DNA of 64,000 bases from Nemertoderma westbladi (Eukaryota; Animalia; Xenacoelomorpha), in contig JAUCBJ010006747.1 in NCBI GenBank assembly GCA_032718475.1, positions 1 through 64,000 of the forward strand. The letters run 5' to 3'. The position numbers were made by a program, and so were the translations under genes. Each line of letters begins with the position of its first letter. Positions within the stretch are counted from its first letter, which is position 1. Positions 36,113 through 47,392 of this stretch are shown in pieces. A model generated the notes under the pieces. It searched no databases. It saw nothing but the letters and a program-made list of their open reading frames with translations, and had not been told where the DNA came from.

Positions 36113-38324
36113 TGATAAACAACCGCGACACCTATACTAACAGCAGAACTGTTGAACAGACCAATACCCGTTAATATCCTTCTGCCAACCTAATAAGTTC
36201 TCGTCTAACCAATAAGACACAAAGACTGCTCTACTGTTAAGTAAAGGGGATCAGGAGCGTGCTATTACTAAATTGTAAGGGTTGCTAAATACAAAACCGC
36301 TACTTACCGTTGGATGGCGCTAATCTGCCGTCCGCTAATATATTTTACTAAATTTACACAACTCCTGCAAAATCGCTTGTTCCTTTCTCTACCGATCGCT
36401 CGATAGAGAGCTAACTGTTCGAATCTATAAGCCACGCGGGAATAACCAAATCAATAAATCCGAGTCGGCTCCCTAAGCTTACTTAAGACGAGTACGAGGG
36501 GCTTTGCACTCAGAGTATATTCTTACGCCTAATTTTACTACTGAAATACGCTAATGCCTACGTCTTTTCTAATCGCGAATACTGGGGGTTCCCTAACGGA
36601 ATGTGTGAATGCGAGAATATTTAAATAAATCAAAATTGGTACAGTACAATGTCTTTCGTAGGTGTTACCGCTCTGGGTCTAAACTTGCCTGCAGCTGGCT
36701 TTAGGCCAGCAACTTACTAGTGTCTTGCGTACTAACTATTGCGATCTAGTTTATTGCCCGCTAATTCAAATAACCGCTCAGCGTGAATAGTTTACGGTAC
36801 TCTAATTATTACCTTAGCTACTCTCCGCTATGCTGCGTACTAATTCTTAATTTTACTAATTAATTACAGTCACAAATATGTAACAGCGCACTAATTACTA
36901 AGAGTTCCAGAATGCGTAATTCTAATTTATTACACAACAGGTTTCACTAGTAATAGCCTAAAATGCCGTATTACTTTGACCTAATCAGTAATTATTTGTT
37001 GTAACTAAGAAATAGAAATCAATCAAAAGGGAAAGGGTGCCTACCTAAGCATTCGTAATCACAGGCACACTTCAGTAACACACCAATCAGTGTCAGCAAT
37101 CACAGATCACAATAGCACGACTTGCAATTATACAATCTGCAATTATATAATTCGCAACTTACTTACGTACTTACCCACTTACTTACTGTAAGGTATGCAG
37201 GCCCCTCCCGGGTACATCTAGGCTTCCTAACTAACCCAATTCCTGCCCCCTAATACTAAATAGAGACAAAACCTTGGATCATCAGCCCCCTAATTACTGT
37301 ACCGGCGAGCGGTCTCCAACCCACAGTCCAAACTGCCCGACCGCAACGTTGACCCCCGCCAGCGTTGCCCGCTTTTGAATCCTCCGCTCTCCCTTAGTCG
37401 CCCAACCCCCCGATGTGCCCACCGCCCACTGGCGCCTTAGCCCTCCATTATGCTAATAGCTACCGTAGCGGCGCATGCAAATCACAAAGTCTGACAGTCT
37501 CAGAAATCCCTTAGGATTATTGCGCAGAAAGGAATCACGTAGAACCATTAATCAAAAGGTAGAAATCATAGTTCAGTTGTAATTAGCAGTAATCGACAGG
37601 AATTAATTGAGAAACACAAGCAAGAATAATCGCACTCGAATTATTTTAAGAAACTAATCAAAATTAGCAAATTGCAGAAAATCAGTCAAAAAATACATAG
37701 GGACAGCTCAGCAAGTACAACAGCAATAAGTGGGGTGTCACGTGGGGTTCTACCGGCACGCCGTCAATTTATAGGTGATCCGAGTGGGATGATGCAATAG
37801 GGTGACTCAATCGCTCTCCTATTGGCTCTCCAGTCCGTGCTAGCACTAGACCAACCTGGAAGCAGCTAGTCCAATAAGGAGGCCGGATTGTAGCCCTATG
37901 CCCTCAAATTATTACCATATATGGTAATGGTTCACGTCTCTGGCTGCTGAATGGCCAGGACAGCGTCCCTATATGCTAGCCCTACTAAAGCTAATATCAG
38001 CAAGCACGGAATCCAGGGTCCGAATAAACTTACCCTGGAACTATCTACATATAACCTAATACAAAATTACGTAGGTAGGGCTACATACTATACAAAATGA
38101 ATGGATTCAACTATATGGGTGTTCCGATTTCCCTATCTAAATATCATTGCGTCATTATGCCTTATCTAAAATATTATGCTGCACAACGGACTAATATTAC
38201 GTACAGTATAACGGACTAATATTGCATACTGCATAACGGACTAATATTGCATACTGCATAACGGACTAATATTGCATACTGCATGATGACTAATAATATG
38301 GATACAGCGCCATATACCGTAACA
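36113..38324. mobile_element. 2.2-kb TG...CA insertion, probable solo LTR
   Basis: Starts TGATAAAC, ends CGTAACA; TSD TAAGC at 36108-36112 and 38325-38329; removal restores PolB frame NNKQLTSSYKNYMSHF; 25-bp tandem repeats at ~38186-38285. Confidence 0.85.
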
Positions 38325-38847
38325 TAAGCTGTTTGTTGTTTTTCACTTTGCTACCAAATTTTGCGGTTATAATAGCCCATTTGAAACAGTCATTATCAGC
38401 CGTTTGTATATTTATTGTACAATTTTTACCTGATAGAACCTTAGGTAATTCCATATATCCATGCCCCTTATATAGTAACGACCTACACTTAGATTCAGCT
38501 AATTTAATTTCAACCCTTAATAAAGATTTAATACGCCACCCTGAACCACGTGTGTTAAAGATGGCTATTTTTTGTAATATATTTTCCACCACATACTCAA
38601 ACCATGTGTCAAAACTTTGTGATGAATCTACAGTATTAATAGCACCACCGGAAGAATTAAAATAAAAAGTTTCCAATTGCTCGCCTTCTGAAAAATGTGA
38701 TCTGTACATTAATACATTTAGACCTAACCACAGTCTAAGAACATTCATTTCTTTCAATCTATCTAATATTAACTGAAGAATATTACCTCGAATTTGCGTT
38801 AATGCTGTTTCTACATCGGGATAATCTCTAGAAGTTGGGAGGTCGTG

Positions 38848-40999
38848 CACTAGCGTAGCGAGGGTAGGGTCCCAGGGTCCCGGGACCCTACCGTGGAGAT
38901 TCCAACTTACATCGTCAAGTTCCGTTAAATTAAAAAAATTATAATGACAAGTGCAATAAACCGAATATTAGAAAATATTCGAAGTTGAAGTTGCTTTGGA
39001 AAGGAGCCCGACCCCAGACCAGATACAATCCACATTATCCCAGGCAGGTTGCCAAAGAAAATAAGTAGTAGAAAGGAGACCATATACCCCATCAAAGTGT
39101 TGTAGCCAGGCCTCCAGCCACACTACCAATAATTCCCTCAGGCACCCCCCCTCCCCCCCCCCCCCCCCCCCGCCCCCATGATAAGGCATCATAATATCAT
39201 ACAATGTTCTTAGAAAGCCAGCTTATTACTTAGGCCTATATTATATAATCTCTCAACCAGTTTAATAGTCTGTAATGTAAAGCAATGAAATGGAGCCCAA
39301 TTGACCACTGCAGGGGGGCGCCCACTGGCTCCTGCCTTGGTTTCTGTGCTTTGATTAGACGACGTCGCTGTGCCTTGCCTGTCAAGCAGGGTTCAATATA
39401 TACCAATGAAAGATAGCATAAATAAGATAGGCACTCTGACTCTGATGTAATATAATGAATTATGTAATTTTTTCTGGGCACACTGACCAACGTGATTGGA
39501 TATTGCGTAGCTTGTCTTGCCGAGTCACAACTAAATAACCTGTGGGTGGCTATGTATTTTAATTCAATATTATTATTAATACCATGAAAATTACTTTGAA
39601 ATGTAATTAATTAGAACATTAATTTTTTTTAACAAAAAAACGTTTTTTTTTTTACTTTCAATAAATCAAAAAAGTGTATTTAATAATGTACCGGTACCAT
39701 AATTAGTTCAATTTCAAAATGTGGCAGTTTATAAAATAATATACCATGGTGTGGGGTGGGGGATTGTTTCACGAAGCGACATTTAACTAAATGGAAATCG
39801 CCGATTTGTAAATAAGGTATTTAAAAAACGGAAGCACATTTAAATTTTACGTCCCTTAATTTAAATGACATGAATTGAAATTTGCCTACTGTCATTTTGC
39901 AATACTTTTATGTTATCAATACATGTTGTTATGATTCCATGGTAGTAGGGCCTATAGTACTAGTTTTTAAGAATAAGTTAACTGTTCTTAATAGAAATAT
40001 TATTAAATTTACTGAAAAGCCATGACAGCATGACGACCAGACCAGTTGCTATGCCGTATAACTATTATTATGTTAATGAGTTTAAATGACACATCATTAC
40101 GTAAATGATTTAAAGCTAAATGACAGGGGGATAAATGACACGCGAATAGCAGTTTCTTGAAACATAAAAACTTTCTGTTATAATTAAAGTATTATTTTTA
40201 ATCTTTCCAATTAAGCCAAATTAAATGACCGTATGTAAAACAGTCCCCTCAGTTTAATTATAATATTAATTTAATTTATTAATTCAATTTCATTTGTAAT
40301 TTCAGTAACTTACTTTATAACTATGATTTTATCATATTAATTCTTAATAGCGGATTTTCTAAATTACTCATCTTTACTGGGGGGGGGGGGGGGGGGGGGG
40401 GGGCTTTACTGGGGGAATGAACATGTACTGGTGCGCATTACTCAGAATGAGTAGTATACCGACTACTGTACTACAGGCTACAGGTTGGGTGCAACCTTCG
40501 CCCGAGTACAACCTTCGCCCGCGCCAATTTCGCCCGTCCACACTTCACCCCGGGGAAAACCTTCGCCCGCAAGGCAATCTTCCACCGCGAACAACCTTCG
40601 CCCAATAAGATTTGTGTTAGTAACCATTTTAGTTACCAATTAAGGGAAAGGAGCAGGTTACAGAGACGGCTTCTTCTAACCAAAACAATAAACGATGTTG
40701 TTACCAATTTAAGGTAAGGAGCAGGTTACAGAAACGGCTTTTTCTAACCAAAACAATAATTGTTTAGTTGGCGATGGTTGCTCGCGGAGAAGATTGTCTG
40801 CGGGCGAAGTTTGCTGCGTACCCTACTAAACATTACACATCACGTGTGGCGGGCATTTTGTTAAAATTCCAAACAATCACACCTGGACTACGCTGGGGGG
40901 GGGGGGGGGGCTCTTCCCCCACACCCACAACTACTATAAATATGAATTACAATTTGGGGTCTGGGACCCTACCGTAGGAAATTCCTGGCTACGCGGCTG
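38848..40999. mobile_element. Non-autonomous hAT-like element
   Basis: 8-bp TSD AGGTCGTG (38840-47; 41000-07); imperfect TIRs CACTAGCGTAGCGAGG / CCTGGCTACGCGGCTG; subterminal GGGACCCTACCGT at both ends; removal restores YVHDLPTS. Confidence 0.88.
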
Positions 41000-41605
41000 A
41001 GGTCGTGGACATAAATTTCAAGACGATTATCGTGAGCTTCTTGTTCCCGCGTAAAAATTGTTGCGCATGTACCAAGAGCCACCCTTAATTTTTTTCTAGA
41101 TAATATATTTTTATGTTGCGGAAATTTACGCTTTCTTGTGTAGTAACATTTCAAGTGACAATCGTGTCGTAAATAATTCTCATATGTATACTCTTTATTA
41201 CAGGTAGAACAAGTCAATTGATAGGTACGGAACTCCATTTCTTTACAACCAGTAGTTGATTCATGTCGTTTACAAATTTCGCTGCATGAAGTCACGACGT
41301 GACACTTAAAACAAGAATAACCTTCAAAATGTGACCGTAGGTGGCGTAAATAATTATGTCTAGTTACATTCATATGACAGAATGAACAACATATTGTTAT
41401 TTTATCCATGCTGAAGTTTGTTTAGATAAATAATAATAATAATAATAATAAAATATCTCCAAAGATTAAAATAAAATGAAATGAAATGATATTGACTATA
41501 TCTAAACATTTATATGCTAGCGAGTGAAATAATTTTAAACCAATCACCAAACACCAATCACCTATGGGTATTGGAAACCTCAAAGAGTTTAACTTATGAT
41601 CAGGT

Positions 41606-42670
41606 TTACATGTTAGGATAATAATCTGGTTTCCATGGAGAATTAGTAACTAGATCTACTGGAGCTGGGTTAACAGCAACTTTCTGTTTCTTTGCAGGTG
41701 ATGCGTTGGTAAATTTACTCGATGATCTTGGCTTCCGAGGTAATATTTCAGGAAAGACCTGTTGCGGTTGAGAGCAACTCTCTTCAACATCCGGATTAGG
41801 TGATGGGATCTCTACGAATGCTTTAGGTTTATCCAAAAGGACAAAACCATCTACATTGGCTTCAATAAGAGAAACGCCATCCATAGCCTCTTTGAGAAAA
41901 CTAATATGGGCTTTATCATTCAAGTAATGCAACTCAATAGAATTTCCACCTGCTCCTACTTCAGTAGAATTATCGGTGTTGGTGATAATAATTTTTTTAT
42001 TATTGGTTTTAATCATTTTGAGACGGTCTGATAATTGAATGATATTTTTATCAAAAAGATGCTTGTCTGGTTCATCAATTTGAGTGTCCCACTCTCGCAA
42101 CAAAACGGTTAGTTCCTGATTTGACAAATTGAAACCCGTATAATAGTTAAAACCAACACTATCAGCGTATCTGACGCTGATTTTCCATAAGCCAACATAG
42201 TTGGTTCCTTTAAAAGCTGTTACAAATCCAATAAACTCTGGATTTGATAATTCAATGTAGAATTGATCGCTAATAATCTCTAGCGGTGGAGAGAGAAATT
42301 GCAATAATTTCCCTCTGTATTGAATTAGAACTTCAGTAAAAGCTTTGTTGAGGACTTTACATTTGCCTTGTTTCTGAACGTAAACATCACCCGATGTGGG
42401 GTTGATAGAAATATTCAAATTTCCCCGCGCAAAACGAAGAGCGGCATATATCCTACCTGGTATAATTGCTGGTCTGGATTGATGTTGGTTGTTGGTTGTT
42501 GTTTCTAGAATGTCTAGCAAATAGCGGGTATCTTGATGGGAAAAACAAATTGATTCGTTGTCCTCCTGAGATTCCACAATAAAATACTTGCTGTGAACGA
42601 CGGTACAAGTATATTTATTGTAAGTAAATTTCCAGCTATTTGTTGCTCCGGTTTTTTGCGTTAAGGCCAT
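41606..42670 (-). CDS. PC4-like (ssDNA-binding/coactivator) domain protein, 354 aa
   Basis: IELSNPEFIGFVTAFKGTNYVGLWK..TGFNLSNQELTVLLREWDTQID resembles PC4 core VSVRDFKGKVLIDIRE..KGISLNPEQWSQL..DID; NLS-like PAKKQK near the C-terminus. Confidence 0.55.
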   Translation of the reverse strand: MALTQKTGATNSWKFTYNKYTCTVVHSKYFIVESQEDNESICFSHQDTRYLLDILETTTNNQHQSRPAIIPGRIYAALRFARGNLNISINPTSGDVYVQKQGKCKVLNKAFTEVLIQYRGKLLQFLSPPLEIISDQFYIELSNPEFIGFVTAFKGTNYVGLWKISVRYADSVGFNYYTGFNLSNQELTVLLREWDTQIDEPDKHLFDKNIIQLSDRLKMIKTNNKKIIITNTDNSTEVGAGGNSIELHYLNDKAHISFLKEAMDGVSLIEANVDGFVLLDKPKAFVEIPSPNPDVEESCSQPQQVFPEILPRKPRSSSKFTNASPAKKQKVAVNPAPVDLVTNSPWKPDYYPNM

Positions 42671-42727
42671 AATAATAATAATAAATACGAAAAATATTAC
42701 AAGTGATAAATTTTAAACCGTATCGCT

Positions 42728-43027
42728 GTAATAAATTGACACCATAGTTCTCACTCTAAAATTGTGATGGTCGGAAAACGACACCTAGAGAAAAATGATG
42801 CTGAGTTCGACATTAGGTATCGATCAAAAAACAAAAATCTGAGCAAGACACATAGCTCAGATTTTCGTTTTTTGATCGATACCCAATGCTGGAATCAGTA
42901 TCATTTTATGAGGTGTCGTTTTCCGACCAACGAATATACAACGAGTAAGATAATGTAGAAATTATTAAGGAAATAACAACAATTTCAGAGTGAGAACAAA
43001 AAATTAGATATGGTATCAATATATTAC
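42728..43027. repeat. ~300-bp imperfect palindrome bracketed by a 21-bp direct repeat
   Basis: Arms GGTCGGAAAACGACACCT..GTATCGATCAAAAAAC.AAAATCTGAGC / GCTCAGATTTT.GTTTTTTGATCGATAC..AGGTGTCGTTTTCCGACC; ATTACAAGTGAT(A/G)AATTTTAA at 42696 and 43035. Confidence 0.85.
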
Positions 43028-43337
43028 CATGAAGATTACAAGTGATGAATTTTAACAAAAACATTCAGTTATATATAAATTTTTGAATACGTGTGGATGT
43101 GGCATAATCAACGTAGAAGAGATGGGATGTGGCATAATCGACGAATAAGAAAAGAGATGGGTTGCAATGTGGATGAATGGTTGCGTGGATAGGAAATACG
43201 TGAAAGAATATGAATCATTGGGTTGTGCGTAATAATAATCAATAATTATAATAAAAACGCACAGTATAATGTTAGTAGTAGCCTTTCAATATGGCACAGA
43301 TGCTGAGGGATCGGTTAGGATGAGTAACTACTATGGA

Positions 43338-43787
43338 AATGCTCGTATACGCGTAGTTGACGCGTGGCGGAATTTCATGTATCATACTGGCTGGTTGGTT
43401 GGTTTGTTGGTTTGGCGACAGCAGTCGTTGAGTTGGCAATCGATATAATATAATATATAATATCGAGGGAGGGTATATGCATGATGCGTGTAGATGGCCA
43501 CGTCGTCACCATATACAGTATACAGTGGTGGTAACGTGGCTGGTGGTGGTGGTAACGTGGCGAAAAGGTGAATAACATTAGGGTTAGTAGTTAGTCAGTA
43601 GTCGAGTAAGGCGGGCATCGCGAGGTTAGGCTACGCTACGATTGGTTGATGGCAACTGCCGATGGTGACATATGGCGCGCACCGCAATTTAGCACCGGAA
43701 TTTGGCATTTTTAATAGCCCTCCGAATGGAATGCCCATAGCCCAAGCTAGGGAGGACTATGAGGGGGACACTGCTTCTCCTACTACT
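43338..43787 (-). repeat. Right TIR of the Maverick
   Basis: Reverse complement of 19726-20135. Confidence 0.95.
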
Positions 43788-44270
43788 GACGAGGGACTCA
43801 CTTATTATATACAACGTATACGTGTATGAGACCGTGGGAACCCAACAGAAAGAACTTAGAGAGTGAGAGTCAAGGGGTTGAGTATCAGGGGAACATGGGG
43901 AGAAGGTGCTAGAGTTAAGGGAGAAAAGTAAAGGGTGTGAGGTCCGAGTATGGGGAGCGAGCGGAGAAGAGGATGAGTCCTAAGGGACTAGTGAGAGAGG
44001 AAGGGACAACAAAGTCCGAGAGATAAAATTGTGTGATGAGTGAGGGCGATCGTCTAAAACAGAGACGCTGGATGCCTTGGTACAGCTTAGCTCGCAGATG
44101 TACCAAGGATGGGTAGTGAAAATAGACCCATGGGGACCGGCCTGGAAAGCTGACCCCGAGAAGAAAACCTCCACCCCACATCCAATCTTAGATTAGATTC
44201 CAGCGGAATTGAAGCGCTCTTAAGGTTTATGCTATCTTCTCACCGGGAAGATAGCATGGGGGGGGGGGGG

Positions 44271-44892
44271 TGTAAGCGGATTCAATTCCCTGCACTACCC
44301 AGCGGAAAATGGGCGAAGTGGCATTTTACCAATTATAGTTTGGAAGGTGACATTACCAATATTAATGTCACCTAATAACCAACTTAGGCGATACACATCG
44401 CCAGCCACAAAGAAAGATGAGAGGTCTTAAACCATCTCAGAGGGACAAAGGGGCTAGCAGGGCTAGCATGTGGGGATAGTGGCAGCAGGGAGTGGAGAGA
44501 TAGACATTAATCGGGTTAGCCAATGATGGGAGGGGAAAACAGGTGATTGGAACGCATCTACTGGCCAGGCCACTCAATACAGTAGCTGTGATTAATATGT
44601 GTTAATAATATATAACCGTTGTACTTATGGATTATGATTCAGTTGGTTTCTATACAGTTGTGAGACCGGAACGGTTTTTAACCGTCGTCATTACCGTGCT
44701 ATTATATTCTGACTGTGCTATTATTATGTAATGTGATTATAACAACTGACAGTAAAAACTCAGTTATTCCAACGGCCTTCGGCCTATTATATTTTATCCA
44801 GACCACAGCCTTTCAGCAGCCTACGGACGCGGCGACGCGTATATCACACACACTGGTCGGAGTTTAGCAACCAACTCCTAAATCCCGTCACA
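44271..44892 (+). mobile_element. Putative 3' LTR of the host LTR retrotransposon
   Basis: G13 polypurine tract immediately followed by TGTAAG; candidate end TCACA; no second copy found in the window. Confidence 0.45.
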
Positions 44893-45821
44893 TCCATTTA
44901 ATTTTTTTTTTTAAGTTTTTAATTATTTTCTAATATTATTATTCGTAGAAATTAATGAAAATATAACCTGAAAAAAAAACACCAAAACGAAAAAACGTAA
45001 AAAAAAGAAGCTATTAATATTTAAATAAAATTTTTCTAAAAGACTCGGAATGTGCAGCAAAGGACTCTTTGACGCATGCAGCATTACCGACCTGGATACA
45101 AACCCCTAAACGTTGACGGAGGTGTTCAATCGATTTTTTGTTGCCAGATACCTTCTCTATACGGTGCCCTAGCTCACGTAGGAATGTTATCGTAGAGGTA
45201 CCAAGACCTCCAGTGATTCGACAGCTACAGGTTGAATTATATAATTACGTGAGAGTTCGCCGTATTCCATTTAACCGTAGTCCATTTAATTATATTTTTA
45301 TATTTAATAATATCGGAAAAGTGCCCTTTCCAGCAAAGTAAATATTATAGTTACATTAGCAGCTAGAACAGTTAGGATTCACATTATCCCAGTGCCAATA
45401 ATGTGCTTTAAAAAGTACCCCACACATTTCGAATCGGGCTTCAGATCAACCAATCCCCCCCCCCCCCGCCCTATTCCTACCTTAATATGCTCTGACTAAA
45501 CCAATGGATATTTGTCATTATGTAAAAAATTTAAAAAGTACCCTTTTTTTTGAAAAAACGAACCGCTCTTTTAAAATCCTGGCTACGGGACTGTAAAACA
45601 TTCTCATAGTGTTGTTAGTGGGTGAAATATTAACTTACATCTGACGGTGCCTGAATTGTACTGTATTGAACAGCAAATAATGAGTGTTAGTCAGTCTGTA
45701 TGGATATGTAATTTCGTACGTATATAAAATGTAAAATATAAACAAATTATTTTTTATAGATTATATATGTAAAGATACATATAACAAAACAATATCATTT
45801 AACTAAAATGTTGGTTTTTGA

Positions 45822-46794
45822 TGAACCATTAACCTAAGTCGTGGAACCATTAACCCATGTCGTGGAACCATTAACCCATGCCATGGAACCATTAACCCAT
45901 GTCGTGGAACCATTAACCCATGTCGTAGAACCATTAACCCATGTTGTGGAACCATTAACCCATGTCGTAGAACCATTAACCCATGTCGTGGAACCATTAA
46001 CCCACGTCGTGGAACCATTAACCCATGTCGTGGAACCATTAACCCATGTCGTGGAACCATTAACCCATGTCGTGGAACCATTAACCCATGTCGTGGAACC
46101 ATTAACCCATGTCGTGGAACCATTAACCCATGTCGTGGAACCATTAACCCATGTCGTGGAACCATTAACCCATGTCGTGGAACCATTAACCCATGTCGTG
46201 GAACCATTAACCCATGTCGTGGAACCATTAACCCATGTCGTGGAACCATTAACCAATGTCGTGGAACCATTAACCCATGTCGTGGAACCATTAACCCATG
46301 TCGTGGAACCATTAACCAATGTCGTGGAACCATTAACCCATGTCGTGGAACCATTAACCCATGTCGTGGAACCATTAACCCATGTCGTGGAACCATTAAC
46401 CCATGTCGTGGAACCATTAACCAATGTCGTGGAACCATTAACCCATGTAGTGGAACCATTAACCCATGTCGTGGAACCATTAACCAATGTCGTGGAACCA
46501 TTAACCCATGTAGTGGAACCATTAACCCATGTCGTGGAACCATTAACCCATGTCGTGGAACCATTAACCCATGTCGTGGAACCATTAACCCAATGTCGTG
46601 GAACCATTAACCCATGTCGTGGAACCATTAACCCACGTCGTGGTACCATTAACCCACGTCGTGGAACCATTAACCCATGTCGCGGAACCATTAACCAATG
46701 TCGTAGAACCATTAACCCATGTCGTGGAACCATTAACCCATGTCGTGGAACCATTAACCAATGTCGTGGAACCATTAACCCATGTCGTGGAACC
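45822..46794. repeat. 21-bp minisatellite A, ~46 copies
   Basis: Unit GTCGTGGAACCATTAACCCAT. Confidence 0.97.
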
Positions 46795-47392
46795 TTTGAC
46801 TGTAATCGGTCCAATGATGAGGAACCACCACGCCACCACTGTCTGATTCGGTCCCTTTGTAACTCATGTATTCTTTGACTCTAATAAAAAAACGCTTGAT
46901 ATATAATAATAACAATGATTACATTATTTACTTTGTATGTTCTCTGTGCCGTTATCGCGCAAGACCTTTGTTAAATATTAGCAATAAATTGCGCAGTTAA
47001 ATAGGCCATTCTCCTATTCTGTCTAGACCTATATAATCGTGGTCTAGACACTTTATACTACTTTAAGTTCACTACTATCTCTGGTTCGCTGATAACTAAA
47101 CAAATAAGTTCCTTAGTTATAAAGACACGCAAATTGTATTATTGATATACCAAACTGCACAACTTGTAATATTTAATTTAAGATTATAATAACAATATAT
47201 AATAGTATTCATTATTATAATATAATAACCATAACCATAACCAACCGAGCAGTTCAAATCTATACATCGTAGAGTGTCGCGAATTTAGGTCTAATGGTAA
47301 CCAATTCAGTTCCAATGTAAATTTTTTAAAGCGAACTTATTTCCAATCGAAGCGACCTTAATTTCAATCCTCCTATATCAAAACGCGAAATT

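Larger units (their letters stand above)
32960..41409 (-). pseudogene. Protein-primed family B DNA polymerase (~1352 aa reconstructed), split by two insertions plus a C-terminal frameshift
   Basis: Segments 41409-41000 (Zn fingers), 38839-38325 (GSGW, DNDCFKWA), 36107-32960 (YFDIEC, EndoVII-like HH.HITGKY..C..C, HNSSNYD, RKGVFPYEY, SIRGG, DFNSLYS, KLLNNSLFGK, DTDS, LRPKLYS, AKGI; ALSSFDDK..LPWGHY after a frameshift at ~33235). Confidence 0.95.
19726..43787. mobile_element. Maverick/Polinton element, full length (24,062 bp including nested insertions), decayed
   Basis: Termini AGTAGTAGGAGAAGC...GCTTCTCCTACTACT; TSD GACGAG at 19720-19725 and 43788-43793; encodes pPolB, integrase, ATPase, protease, major and minor capsid proteins. 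Confidence 0.97.

Noticed and set aside
36113-38324. Spliceosomal intron in PolB
   Set aside because: Ends are TG..CA with a 5-bp TSD, not GT..AG on the coding strand.
38290-41409. Stand-alone 186-aa and 146-aa zinc-finger genes
   Set aside because: They are fragments of PolB separated by insertions with clear TSDs.
19726-43787. Bacteriophage/prophage or contaminant contig
   Set aside because: Integrated with a TSD among eukaryotic retrotransposons and spliced host genes; gene set is Polinton-type.
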